From Azolla caroliniana (lineage: Eukaryota; Plantae; Polypodiophyta), in the NCBI GenBank assembly GCA_043228905.1, contig JBHGNT010000008.1, positions 12,400,001-12,464,000 on the forward strand: a stretch of DNA of 64,000 nt. The letters run 5' to 3'. A model generated the notes under the pieces. That model was given only the letters and a program-made list of their open reading frames with translations, was not told the origin of the DNA and ran no database searches. Shown piece after piece: positions 51,601-64,000 of this stretch (within the stretch, counting starts at the first letter, position 1; each line of letters starts with the position of its first letter). Position numbers and translations under genes: made by a program.

Positions 51601-53074
51601 ATTGAACCGCAGGATCAATTACACACAAATAAATTAATGAACTAGAATACTCACTTAAAGATTTAGAAGACACAAGTGAATGAGAAGGAAGTTTGGAACA
51701 TTGAATAAAATGTTTACAATTATTAAGTTGAAATGTGATTGAGTGATTAACCCAATCAATGGACAAAGAAGGGTTTTTATTAAAAAACCAAGGATATCCT
51801 AAAATGACATCTGCGGATTGTAATTTCATAACATGAAAGTCAAGCTTCTCCAAATAAGTATCTATTTGAATTGGCAGTTGACAAACAATGCCACTGATGT
51901 ATTGAACGTTTCCATTTGCCATGTGAACTTGATAGATATGATCACTTGCGTTTATGTGGAGCTCCATTTGCTGCACAAAGTGATCATTAAGAAAATTGTG
52001 AGAACTACCGGAATCAAACAAGAAATGTGCTTGTGTTCCATTGATATATCCGACTGCTCGGAGTAAATCATTAGGTCCAAGTAAATGTGAAGGAAAAGTG
52101 CATTCACATAAACTTAAGTGATTGGTATGAACTTCAACAATATCAAAAGACTCACCTGTGTGACTCGTAGATTTGTCTTGAGGAGGGGTGTTCATTGACT
52201 TCCTCTCAAGACGACGACAGGTATCCTTTGTGTGGCCCTGCTTCTTGCAATATGCACAGAAGAGGTTCGGTTTCTTTGAGTCGCGGTCAAGAGTGTCACT
52301 GGATTGCTTACGTTTCCCAATGAACTTGACATTCGGAGTTTTGGCGAACTCAGGTTTATTGTGGTCTTTCTTGGAAGTCCTATGGTATTGCAGCACAATG
52401 TTGACGGCTTCCTCGAAAGTTGTGGGGTCCTTGTCATGGACAATCCAATGATAATCCCCATTGGGAATACCATTCAAAAAACAAGCGACAAACCATTTCT
52501 CACCCGTAAGTCCCGATTTTTGGATCTGGGTCCGAGCGTGATGCACATAATCCTCGAGAGAGGTAAATGGCTTACTAGACAATGTGAGCAAGTGTTGCGC
52601 TTGTTCGGTTTGAGAAGGTGGCTGCAAGAATTGTTTCTTAAAAACATCAACGAAACCTTCCCAAGTTGTGGGTAAGTTTTTTGCGGTCCTTAGGCCACGC
52701 CACCAAGCAGCAGCTCGGCCACCTAACTCACGACCGACATAACCAATTTTTACTGCATCGGGCTTGGGATGAAGCTCAAAGTGAGACTCCCAACGACCAA
52801 GCCAAGTGCTAATGGCCTCCTCGGTTCTTTCTTTCTTATCTCCCTTGAAAGGCGTGACTACGAAGGAAGGTTCACCTTCTTTCTTGGACTCAATAGTTAA
52901 TTCTTGGAATTTCTTTTCCAATGCCATATTGGCCTGTCTCATTTCGGCCAATTGATTCAAGGTAGTAGTGAGCAATTGCTCAATAGTGATCTCAACTTGT
53001 GTGCGAGATGCGGATTGGGGTTGAGAGGTCTCATTTGGAGAGATCGTTCCAACTGCGTTCAAAACTTGTTCCAT
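48668..53074 (-). pseudogene. G3 Gag-PR-RT-RH-INT-chromodomain polyprotein with one in-frame TGA
   Basis: ORFs 50234-53074 and 48668-50218 are in frame (FDFSI*YRKG); CAYCKKQGHTKDTC, LFDSGSS, FLDD, ISMDF, C-terminal PERILDSR...IKW...DATWE. Confidence 0.93.
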
Positions 53075-54076
53075 GATGCACGCTGTGGGTATGCAATAAA
53101 ATAAGGAGGTTCAGAAAATACACAAGCAAAATGAATGCTTGAAATTTTGATTGAAAGAACTTTATCCAAGAAAGTATCTCATGTCTTTACCCCTCTAGAC
53201 ATATGAGATGTGATTCGAGATCCGATAACTATGGTAACACTATGGTGTTTTAAAAACCATGGGGGAAAACATAGCTAAGATGTATTTCTCGGATCTCTAT
53301 CTTGAGTAATCATGGCGGCTCCCCGAGGCTCAACCATGGTTCTTACATCAATGAAATTTCCTAGATAGCCTTATATTAATGCCAACCCATCATGTATTAT
53401 ATGGTCGAGAAAGTGTATTACGTGAAAAAACAAGTGCACTCACAAGTAATATTCTAGTCTTTCGAGCAATAAGCAAACGTGATGATAAAATGATAAAATA
53501 AGGCACTACTCATAAGAGTTAAGTAGTGACGAAAACAAGGGTAAAAAAAAGAACCCATGTGTTACCTACGAAAAAAACAATGTCACAAATAAATGGGAAG
53601 TGCAAGGTATGCACTTATACATCCCAATATGATTGTTATAACTTGCACAATTGTGACATAAGCCACAAATTGATACAAGTGATGACGGTGTTGTGCGCAA
53701 AGATGTAATACTCAAATCCATGAGTAAAACATCAATAAGGGAACTCATATGGTTTTACTCGTTTTCTAAGGCTTGATGATAAGAGTTAAACCTAGATGAC
53801 CCGTTGAAAAATAAAATCGTTCAACAAGCCACTCCATACGAAAAAAATAGTCTACACGTAAAGGTTACATCAAAAGTAAACGATGTAAATACTTTATACA
53901 CGAAAAGGAAGTGGAAAAAGGAGAGTTAATTGTGGGCGGGTAAATAATAATTACTAGAAAATCATATAAGTGAAACAATACTTATGAAATTAAAATTTAA
54001 TTAGAATAATCAACAATTAGGTGTATGGAATCAAACATGCCCTAAGATACGAAACCCTAGGGTAGTTGACATGCAC

Positions 54077-54395
54077 CTCCTCAAGACCACCACATATCCC
54101 TAGAATCGGCCAAGTAATGGCTAATTAAAGAGGAAAGTGGCATAGGTAAGTGACATATACCTCGTCAAGGCCACATCATCCCTTAGAATCGGCCAATTGA
54201 TGGCTAATTAAAAAGGAAAGTGGCATATGTAAGCTACATATACCTTGTCAAGGCCACAACATCCCATAGAATCGGCCAATTGATGGCTTAATAGAGAGTA
54301 GAGTGGCATAGGTAGGCAACATACACCTCGTCAAGGCCACATCATCCCTTAGAATCGGCCAAGTGATGGCTCAATAGAGGGGAAGAGTGGTATAC
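54077..54395. repeat. ~83-bp tandem array (~3.8 units) in the G3 leader
   Basis: TAGAATCGGCCAA recurs at ~54101, 54185, 54267 and 54350. Confidence 0.9.
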
Positions 54396-55847
54396 TCAAC
54401 ATCATATGCAAAACGGCCATGAGATAAGCGTGTGCGATTAGAGCAAACACTCTCGACCCAATGCACAAGAATAATTATTATCGTAAGAGTTCAAGAGAGG
54501 AGAGAGTGGGATATATATCGCAATATGCAAAAGGCCATGAGTTGAGCGTGTGCGATTAGTGCAAACACGCTCGGCCCGATGCATAATAATAAGTAAAATC
54601 GTAGCGTAGTAGGAGGTAGAAAGAAAGAGAATAAAACGTAATACCAATTTGATTCGACCATAAAGAACGCATAATAGAAAAAGAGAAGAGATCAAAAAAG
54701 AAGAATACCGGGTTTAGAGTGTTGTTTTGATCCTGAGAAGAGCATGACGAGCCTTGTTAGATCCCCCTCGCTCACACGCAAAAAACATCAAAACAACAAA
54801 AAAATTGTTAGTAAAAGCTCTGATACCACTGTTAAGAGTCTATTACTAATCAATAGACCAAATCAAGTAAAAAGGAAGAAAATAGATTGGATAGAAGAAT
54901 CCGTTCCACCCGACCACCCCCGAGCTATGATCTAGACATAGCCAACCTACCACCGACGTCCCATACCGCCGGATATTAGGATGACTAATACCTTGGAAGA
55001 GATAAACACGATCGTCGAGACGAAAGCCTAGCCCGCACCACCGGTGTCTACGACAGCAGCCTTCCGACGTGATGATCCTTATGAGGGTAGCTAAGCCTCA
55101 TATTTATACCTTTTCCTAGGCCCCTTGAATAGATGTGCCTTTCTAAAAGGCTCTCTATTCATTGGTTGTCTAAATCATGATAGTGCATGCACATATCATT
55201 CATTCTATCCAATCATTAGTCCCCTTTTTAATAATAGTGAACATACCCTTCACTAATGTAAATATTAGTGACCTACCCTCACCAACGTTATGTGTACATA
55301 ACAATATGCCAGGAAAGTTATGATTCCGCTGGACAGGCCCGTACGTTAATAGGAGCGGAACAAGGCACATTCCAACTGGGCACACTGGCCAGAGAAGTCT
55401 TACGAAAAAAGGTGAATGGGTTTCGCCTTAAACCTTATCTGGGACCTACGCCACCTAACCCATTCCCCGCCAGACAGGACAAAGCCGAAGAACCCGCGGC
55501 GTAAGTGTACGGCCCTACTTGTAGCATAGTGTAAAAATAGGCTTGTATGTAACCGTTACGAAAAAAAAAGGAAAAAAAGAGAGAGAGAAGATAGCGACGC
55601 TATTAAAAAAGGACTAAATGCATGCACAAACTTCTAGACCAAGAACACACGACACCACGATGGCTCACCGCCCAATGAACCCTAGGACACAAAAAGAAGG
55701 AAATAGAAGGTCTTCAGCACAATACAGAAATCCACCTCCTAACTATCAACGTTGTCATCGCTCCCCTCCCTCACCTTCTTCTCCATCCTATCACAGAGCT
55801 CAAACCCACCACAACCAACAATCTTCCCCCAATGAGCCTACTCTGAC

Positions 55848-58553
55848 TATGCCGATATTTATCTCTACCGCCTTATGTCGATGGCTCGTGGAGAAACGCC
55901 TGGATGGGTACATCAAGGTCGCAGAGGCACCTTCCACACCCGTATGCATTGGACATCGCCAGAAAGCTCAACATCGACACGGTCACTAACTCATCCATCC
56001 GGAAAAAGTTGGACTTATCATCACTAGGGGAAAGGCATTTCGAAATCCCTCCTGCGGAGTCGTTGCCGAGATATTTCGGTCCATATTCATCCTCCGCCAA
56101 GGCATATAGAACGAAGGAGATCCCGGATCCGTTTTTCCGTGAAGTTGCCAAGTTTCTATTAGAGGTCGGATGCGTACATGTAAACGCATATGGGATGCCC
56201 AAGCAGAAGGAAGATATTATTGTTGATACCTTTGAAGGGCGTATGGTCAGTTGGGGGGTCAACACGGAGCCGGCATTAAGGGAAGGCTTGCACGCGTATC
56301 AAGGAGGCAAGAAGCTCAGGCCTATCATACAACAGTACCTGATGGTACTATTCCCACCTCGAGGCCTGCCGGCATCGCAACCCAGTAGGCCCACGCCGCC
56401 GCCTCGATCCGCGAAGCGCAGGTTAACGGAGTTAGCCACCATAGAGTGGGAGGATGAACCCCAAACCACCCAGTTGGACACACGGACAACGCAGGAAGAG
56501 CAAGCGGCACCAGATCCAAACGCCGAACCTCGACAGGAAAGCCCCAGGCTGAAATGGCGGAGGTTGGAGAGGAAAGATGGGCAAGGATTAGTTAAAGACG
56601 TACTCGCGGCACCGGAGGCAACGACTTCGCAGCTACGGAGCCCAACACCACCTTTGAAATAATCTGGGAGCCACGGCCGATCATTACGGCCCAGTCACAA
56701 CGAGGGAAAGCCGTATTGACGGCAGAAAGCGAGGTCTTGGCATATCCGGATATCTCGGACACGGCCGATGAGTTCAGCGCACTATTACAGTTCAGAACCT
56801 CTTTTGAGCTCATGGAATTCTTGGCAACGCAACAGATAAGGTCTCGCAACGAATGGCCGAGGAGCACGCAGAGTGCCAGATGATCGAGCGAGCCTTAACA
56901 CAAACGACGGAGAGCGACGATGAGGACAAGTTAGCCAGAGTCGGCAGACGGAGGAACGCCGATATACGCCGAATGGGGATGGAACTACCCCCATTAAACT
57001 CGGCCCTAGTCGAAGTTCATAGGGAACTGGCAAAGGTCAGCATGGGCACCAAGGAGATGGCCATTAAAAATAAGAATGTCTGGAAGAAGGTTAAATTGAC
57101 CGAAGCTGAACTGCAAAAAGCCAACGAACGTATCGTGGAGTTGGAAAATAACGCGACTACGGCACAACGGGCAACTCCACCACCAAACAACGCCATCGAA
57201 GCCTTGAAGGAAGAGATTGAGGCTCAGACCACCGTCGCCTCAAAAGCAAAATGGGCCGTACAACTACCGGAATCAGAAATTGACATCCTCCGCGTTGAAC
57301 TTCGCTAGTCCTCAGACAGGGAAAAGGACATCCGGGCCAACGGCCGAAAAGAAGTAAAAACCCTTGAAGAGAAACTCGCTTCGGAGACAGCACAACACAC
57401 TCGAACAGAAGAAGAAAACGCCCAATTACGAGAGGAAGCGAAAAAATCGAAGGCGGCAATCACGGGACTGCAGGCCTTATTGGAGAAAAAGAAGGCATGG
57501 TTCAACGAGCAACTGATGGGTGAACAGGAAAGATGGCATCAGCTCGAAATCCGCCTGAACAATGAAATAGGAAAGCTGGAAGAACTACATGCGAAGGAAT
57601 CCCAGCTGTGGGCGGTTATGAAGAGCACATACGAAATAGCGGCGACAGTTAGTCAGCAAGAAATTGCAAACCTCAAGAAGTCTATGGAAGAAGCACGCAA
57701 CCGTTGCCAGGCCATCACAGACAATGTGCATATCCTTCTACAAATAAATCGGGAGAGGTTTACGACGCAATTGAAAATGGCACTACACAAAGGATGGATG
57801 GAGTGGGTGGCACAAGCGGCGGAATTGCACGCGTATCGAGCGGACTGGGAGAACCGGAGAAAAGACAGATGAGGCTTCTATAAACTCAATGAGGAAAGCA
57901 TTACGGCAGTACGCGAGGACCTAGCGCAAGACTATCGTACGTTAGCAGACCAACATTCCGAAGAACTCGCGTAGCTATTAGATGATTTTGGTGAAAGTCA
58001 GGAGGATCTGTTTCACCAAATCACGCAAGCCGGTAGCACGCGAACAAACGTGGTATCCATCGCGACGCCAATTCCGGATACCGCCAAAGAAGAGGAACCT
58101 CAGGCCAGTTCACCAGAAATTACAACTACGGTGAACAGCACGGAACGGCGAGCGGAGTCCCCCACAATACCAGACAACGAAACCACGGCCCAAGAGGAAC
58201 CCAATCTACTGGAGCATACTCTATCGGCCGACCGCACGGAGAACGTTGCGTACCAAGAGGACCTGCGACCCCATTCCCTAGAGCGTACAACGACGACCGA
58301 CATCACGGAGGAAGTGACAGACGAAATGCAGCCGCGACCGACCGCAAGCCCGCCGACGGCTGAGCCAAACCGCCTAGCCCAAGAAGATCCCATAGAACCT
58401 GGACCGCCCACACAGGATGATCGCGACACCATGATAAACCCTCCCGACCAAGCAGGGGAACCACACCACGATGCACCTATGGGTCCTACGCCGTCCCCAG
58501 ACACGGACACCATAGCAGAGCCAAACATCAGGGTCATTTTGGAAGAAGATTAA
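55848..58553 (+). pseudogene. G1 extra 3' ORF, frameshifted
   Basis: RYFGPYS..YRT..DPFFREVA matches G2 RYFGEYS..YRT..DPLFREIA; coiled coil; W..W...AAEL...RAD.EN.RK block. Confidence 0.85.
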
Positions 58554-59269
58554 AGGGATAGGTCCGACGTGCCATGGCACTGTCCCACAGGCGTGCGAGG
58601 TGTTGTCCACCGGAATAGTAACCAACGGACAAGAGCGCAGGAAAACGAAATAGTATAATATTGTAACGCATGTAACAGTTCACGTGGGAAGCGTGAATGG
58701 CTAAAAGACCTTGCGTATATAAAGGGCAGAAAACCTCTGATAGAGGGAGTGTGTAATTTTGAATGTAAAAGGCGTATCATAATAGAGTTCTATCTTCTTT
58801 GATATCTGTGTGTAGCTACGGCTAATCTACTGTGTATATGTAACACGTGAGAGCGTAGGAGTAAGTAACGGTGTGTGCGCTAGCCCACTGTCAAAGGAGC
58901 TCGGTTGTAGCCATCTCCCTTATACACTGCTAGGGTACGGGGAATATCCCACTAAGTATTACGCACAGATGCTACCATTCGTTGTCACGTAGTCACTTGG
59001 AGGTCTAGGTCGAAGGACTGACCGTAGACCGTGTTCCTAGTCGGTAACAATGCTTTACTCCCTCATATGTTAAGATTTCCAGGAGATAACCCACGTATGA
59101 AATGGTGGATAATGATTATAAAAGAGTTTGAAGTAAGGTTTATTAAAGAAGAAACTACTAGGTCTAAGATGGTGGATTTGTTTACCTATAAGGAGCTTGA
59201 GCCAACAAAAAGTGTAAAAGAGGTAGATGCTCATGTCGAACCAATCAATGAGTCTAAAATAATGTTAAA

Positions 59270-59660
59270 AAAGTTTGAAGGGGTATTATATTTTGATGGT
59301 GCTTTTAAGAAAAAAACAAAGATTGTAGGAATTGGATATGCTTTTGTGAATAGAGAATGCAATGAGTTATGGAGTGGAAGTGACCACATTGAAGCGAATA
59401 GTCACAATGAGGCTGAGTATCTTAGCTCAATTCATGCCTTACAAGTATGCTTCGAAAAAGGAATTAGAAGTTTGATTGTGAAGGGAGATTCATTGTTGAT
59501 TATAAGACAAGTGCAAGGGGTGTGGAAGGTGCAAAAGGCTAGTCTTCTTTCCCTTCTCCAACAAGTGATGCAATTGCAACACTAGTTCATGGAGTGTCAA
59601 TTTCAACATATCCAAAGAGATAAGAATGCAAGGGTTCATGAGCTAGCAAGCAAGATAGTA
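59270..59660 (+). pseudogene. Archaeal/plant-type RNase HI (aRH) domain of H
   Basis: LYFDGAF...SHNEAEY...LIVKGDSLLIIRQVQGVW...FQHIQRDKN, placed between RH and INT; one internal stop. Confidence 0.88.
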
Positions 59661-61786
59661 GCACAAGAAGTGGGAGTGCATGCTATAAATATGTCACCAT
59701 ACAAAGATCAAGAGAGCCTAGAAAAGGAGGAATATATTTTAAGGACAAGAAGGGCTAGAAAAGAGTTCCCATATCATAGGCGTCTTGCCGTAACACGACG
59801 TGCACAAAGATATGTAATAATACATGATGGTCTTTATTTGAAAGATGTAGATGAGGTGCTTAAACGTGTATTATGGCATGATGAGATTCAACAATGTATA
59901 GGGCCAAGCATGTATAGGGATGTGGTACATTGGTGTACATCATGTCATGAATGTCAATTATATCAACAAAGAAGATTAATACCTAAACCTCCAGGTAGGA
60001 TTGTTAGCTATAAGATATTCTCTAAGTGTGGTTTAGATATCATTGGGCCATTACCTAGTTCTAGTAGTGGCAAATTATACATTATGTCAACAGTAGAATA
60101 TGTTTCAAGTACTTCAACAAGCAAAGAAATGGCAAGGTTTGTTTTTGAACAAGTAGTATGTAGATTTGGTTTGCCCTTGGAGTTAGTTACAAATAATGGT
60201 CCTGAATTTAGAGGATATTTTGTTAAAGATTTGGTAACTCATTTGGAGATTGCACATAAAAGAGTTGTACTCCATATCACCCACAATGTAATGGATTGGT
60301 GGAGGCCTTTAATCAGACTATACAGAAGCTATTGTTCAAGCTTCTGGACTTGTATCCACGGAGTTGGGATAAAGAGTTGAACAAAGCACTATGGGCATGT
60401 AGGATGACACATAAGCTTTCCACAGGTTTTACTCCCTTCCACTTACTAGTATATGGGGGGGATGCAATGATGCCTACAAATGTGTTGTTTCCTTCTATTC
60501 AAATGATGGAGTGTTTAGGAGTGCATGATGAATTTCAAATGGATATACGAAAAGAAGCTATGCATGATTTATTTTGGAAAAGAGATGAGGCAATACATTT
60601 CTATGAAGACTTCTGTCAACGACGGGATAAAAGAAGTCAAGCACTAGCAAGGAAAAAAAACTTGATGGAGGGTATGTTGGTCTTAGTATATAATAGTTCC
60701 TTGGATAAGACTTTTCAATGAAAATTCAAGCATAGGTGGGATGGACCTTATGTAATTCACAAGAGGTTTATCAATGGTACATATGAGCTAAAGAGTATGG
60801 ATTGGTCATTAATGAGAGAAAGGATCAATGGGGTGAGATTAAAGCCATATCATTTACGCAAATAAGCTCCTCAATGACAATGGCTTCTTAAAGTACAAAG
60901 AATGAAACTTTTAGTTGTACATATTTATGAATTGTTTTTAGGTATTTGTTGCTCAAGACAAGCATAAGGTATATATAGAGGATGTTGGTAGTTTACTAGT
61001 GTTTAGCGAGAAAAATCTTTGACTTTATCAAAGCTTTACTTGGAGGGGGCTAAAGTGTTGTGTTGTAAATACTTGTGCTCAACAAAGTAGCTCAAAGATA
61101 CTAAAATATGGACATGAGCTGGTTATGACACTTTAGGCATGATGGTGGATGCTTTAGTCGAAGGTAGATTTGAAGAATCAAGATGATATGATGTGACATA
61201 TTCAAAGAGTACTTTACAACAGGCAATCAATGTTTTAGTCGTAATATTTCAAGGGAATATTGGATTTCAATAAATAAACATTCTTTGGAAATATTGCTCC
61301 TTGTACTCCAAATGTCTAGAACGGGTCGTGGATAGAATCAAGCGTCTTCATACCCAAAATAAAAGATCTATCGGTTGCATGCAAAGGAAAGTGGCAGGAT
61401 ACATGCAAGAAATAACAATTAAAACCCTATTGTATATAAGTATGAGTGTGGAAGCCTTGAGAATAGAATAGCCTTAAAATATCTCTCTTGATGTAGTGTG
61501 AGTTTTTATATCCGTCTTGTTAATACATACTCTATGTTCATTCTTCTTTCCACTCTCATAGATTATGATACATATCTTTGTCACTTCCAATCTCTTATTT
61601 TTTGTACATGGATGATTATCATAAAATATTGTAGACCCTCTTTCATGTAGTGAGAATTTATATGTATATAATATTATCAACTCTTGATATAGATCTTCTC
61701 CTCATATTTCTTCATTGATTGTCTTTGTAATACCCATTCATCTCCTTTTGGGTTTGTGTTCTTACTTAAACTTAAAGATGTTGTTA

Positions 61787-62417
61787 TGTCAAAGGGTGAT
61801 GATAGAAAGAAGTGAGAAAGAAAATATATAGATCCAAAACCCCAAAGATCTATTGATAATGAATGATCATGATGGAAGGAAGAGAGAAAGAAGATACAAC
61901 TACAAATATATATTGATAAGAACTCAACCAACACTACATGAATTGGAAAGAAATCACCACATGAAATATCCTCTTTCTCCACCACCTTACTCTTCTTGCT
62001 TTATATGAAGGTCTCCTCTACTAGATAACTTTCCCTTGCTTTCTTTTTTACGCTTTTTTTAGAAGTTTTCCTTCTCCTATTCGTATGTATGACACAACGA
62101 TCTTCTAATCATCATATCTCCCTCATCCACACTTTAAATTTAGAGATTTAAAATGCTATGGATAGCTCTCATTATAATCTTTCCAACCTGTATATGAACA
62201 TGATATTTGGCTTCAAAACAAACGAGTTATGAGCATTCATTTCAGACTGGGTTTTAGTGGCCCACTTTTTTCTTCTTTTACTTTTCTCCATGTGTCTTGC
62301 AATTAGTTTAACCTATCCTCAAGACCTTGGTTCATGTTCTTGAACTCTGGATGTGAATGCTCCATACCTTATATTCTTGTAGTGTTCAATACCTTGAATT
62401 CTAAAAACACTTTCACA
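61787..62417. mobile_element. 631-bp insertion in the H 3' LTR (solo LTR or MITE)
   Basis: Absent from the H 5' LTR; ends TGTCAAAG...CTTTCACA (imperfect inverted repeat); flanked by TTA/TTA. Confidence 0.75.
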
Positions 62418-63039
62418 TTATGGTGCCCTATGATGATGTGCCTTGTGTGTTTCTAGATGTATTGTGCTAGAGTTTTGAGGGGCAAATTCTTGCGCAACAC
62501 CGTATGTTCCCGCTTTGAATGACTTTCTCGGTCACCTTGTTTGCTCAAAAGGCCCATCTCAACTCCTTCGCTCTTGTGACTCTGGTGCTTCTCGACCCAT
62601 TGGCTCCTTCGTGTCGGTGTTGACGTCTGCTGCCTTGTATTCCGCTTGGCCTTCATGTGAACCAACTCCTCCGAATAGAACTGTTCAACCGAATTGGCTA
62701 CCTTCGATTCGTTCCCGTTGTTGTCTGAATTAACTGTCTCCAATTCATCTTCATTCTTCAGGCCCTTCACCACATCAGACTATGTCCTGGTCCTAGCCTT
62801 CATTTTCTGATCAGCTCTATCCTTCTTGTCTCTGTCGTTGTTTCCTCTTTCTCTGTCTTTATTTGATGTCTTGATTTCTTTAGTCGACTCGGCTCCCTTT
62901 ATTTAATTTTCGTTCTCCTTCTCTCTGGTTGTTTCTCCGGTGCCTTTACATGTCCTCTCCATTTCTGTCCTCAAGTCCGGAAGCCATCTGGTTAGTCCGG
63001 TTAGTTGGGCCCGAAGGACGAAGGAGAGTGACACCACGT

Positions 63040-63240
63040 GGCATATGGCATTGGTTCACTAACGAGATGCTACGGAAGCTCGAAATCAGTGGGGGTGGCT
63101 TCCTACTACCCGTAGAGAACCAGTTTCGGAGGATGATCGAGAGTCACGGGAGGGCTTCCGCACCGGAGGAGATGGGGTGCATCGACCCAGCCATCGTCGA
63201 ACCGATGGTGATATTCACAATACCCCATGTACCGTTGTCG
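63040..63240 (+). pseudogene. Fragment of another gypsy-type pol (pre-RT region)
   Basis: EEMGCIDPAIVEPMVIFTIPHVP resembles the segment before RT in some fungal-like and non-seed-plant gypsy elements (from memory). Confidence 0.45.
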
Positions 63241-63699
63241 TGAAGTACGAAAGCTTCACATTAAAAATCTACAATAAGATAAATACGTAACTAAAATAAC
63301 ATTTGATAATGTTTTATATATAAAGATAATATTAACAACACATATGGGTGAAAGCATGCGAGTGGAAACAATTAGCTATGTCCTTGACATAGCTAATTAG
63401 CTATGCAAAAAGCTACCATTGATAAATAGTCATTTTAGTAAAAAGCCATCATTAATAAATTAAGTATGCAAAAAACTACCATTGAAAATACTAGAGTGTT
63501 TTAATTACATATGTAAATGAGTGCCATAAATGTGCAACATAAATTGATGTGTGCACCATAAATGTGTACCATAAATTATATATCGAATTCCTAGGTCCAT
63601 TATGCATGATCCTTTGCCACATCACGTAGGCCATCTCTAGTTGAGTACTGTGGGTTAGTTGCTACCACTGTTGCTAAACCCTATCGAGTCCACCTGCCG

Positions 63700-64000
63700 C
63701 CACTCTACACTGAGGGGCTGCTACTGTGCGTTCCAAGCATCATCAAAGAGCTGCTCAATCTGACGGGGTTCTCTTCTCTGTGACACTCTACACTCAGGGG
63801 CCACTATTGTGCATTCCAAGCATCATCAAAGAGTTGTTCAATCTGACGGGGTTCTCTTCTTTGTGCCACTCTACACTCAGGGGCCATTACTGTGCGTTCC
63901 AAGCATCATCAAAGAGCTGTTCAATCTGAGGGGGTTCTCTTCTCTGTGCCACTCTACACTCAGGGGCCATTACTGTGCGTTCCAAGCATCATCAAAGAGC
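63700..64000. repeat. 83-bp tandem repeat (at least 3.6 units, running off the window)
   Basis: CACTCTACAC at 63701, 63784, 63867 and 63950; units nearly identical over their full length. Confidence 0.95.

Larger units (their letters stand above)
48187..55303 (-). mobile_element. Chromovirus G3 (Reina/Tekay/Galadriel-like), complete and young
   Basis: 474-bp LTRs 48187-48660 and 54830-55303 with one mismatch seen; perfect TSD ATATG; PBS TGGTATCAGAGC 54817-54828; PPT 48661-48670. Confidence 0.97.
33205..59049 (+). mobile_element. Family-G gypsy G1, degenerate; hosts G2 and G3
   Basis: 5' LTR 33205-~33378 truncated by a deletion that also removes the PBS and gag start; 3' LTR 58601-59049; flanks GCGCT/ATGCT; gag, PR (IIDGGSG), RT, RH to 37203, INT 47087-48186 and 55304-55504, extra ORF ~55848-58553. 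Confidence 0.9.
29151..62499 (+). mobile_element. Tat-like Ty3/gypsy H with additional archaeal-type RNase H; old, hosts G1
   Basis: LTRs 29151-29895 and 61056-62499; PBS TGGTGCCCCCACTGAGG 29901-29917; PPT GGAGGGGG ~61042; CCGT flanks both ends; gag CYNCFERGHISPNC, PR YVDGGA, RT FMDD, RH split by G1 (LTSC|ALLPHML), aRH, INT. Confidence 0.9.
28596..62980 (-). mobile_element. Ty1/copia F 3' end (LTR 28596-29042; charged tail at 29043-29150 and 62500-62980), split by element H
   Basis: Family-A LTR; degenerate PPT; the tail resumes after H with VKGLKNEDELE (ORF 62453-62773). Confidence 0.8.

Noticed and set aside
63700-64000. CRISPR-like array (also 54077-54395)
   Set aside because: Whole units repeat with no unique spacers; no cas genes; eukaryotic context.

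Overview
Eukaryotic, almost certainly land-plant, nuclear DNA; a Tcn1-like chromovirus hints at a non-seed plant. The first ~0.4 kb holds the first two coding exons of a minus-strand host gene with a plastid transit-peptide-like N-terminus. The remaining ~61 kb is a nest of LTR retrotransposons: at least six pieces of one Ty1/copia family, a Tnt1/Tork-like copia fragment with two solo LTRs, a Tat-like gypsy with an extra archaeal-type RNase H, two chromoviruses, and five copies of a non-chromoviral gypsy family (called family G here) with a long extra 3' ORF. Nesting: copia F (28596-62980) > Tat-like H (29151-62499) > G1 (33205-59049) > young G2 (37204-47081) and young chromovirus G3 (48187-55303). 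Main observation: family G has no polypurine tract. All four 3' ends present carry instead, exactly 2 nt before the 3' LTR, a sequence resembling the 3' end of tRNA-Arg(UCU) including CCA, split by a covarying hairpin. This reads as a second primer-binding site on the opposite strand and suggests that both DNA strands are tRNA-primed. All alignments were done by eye and tRNA identities are from memory, so both need computational confirmation.
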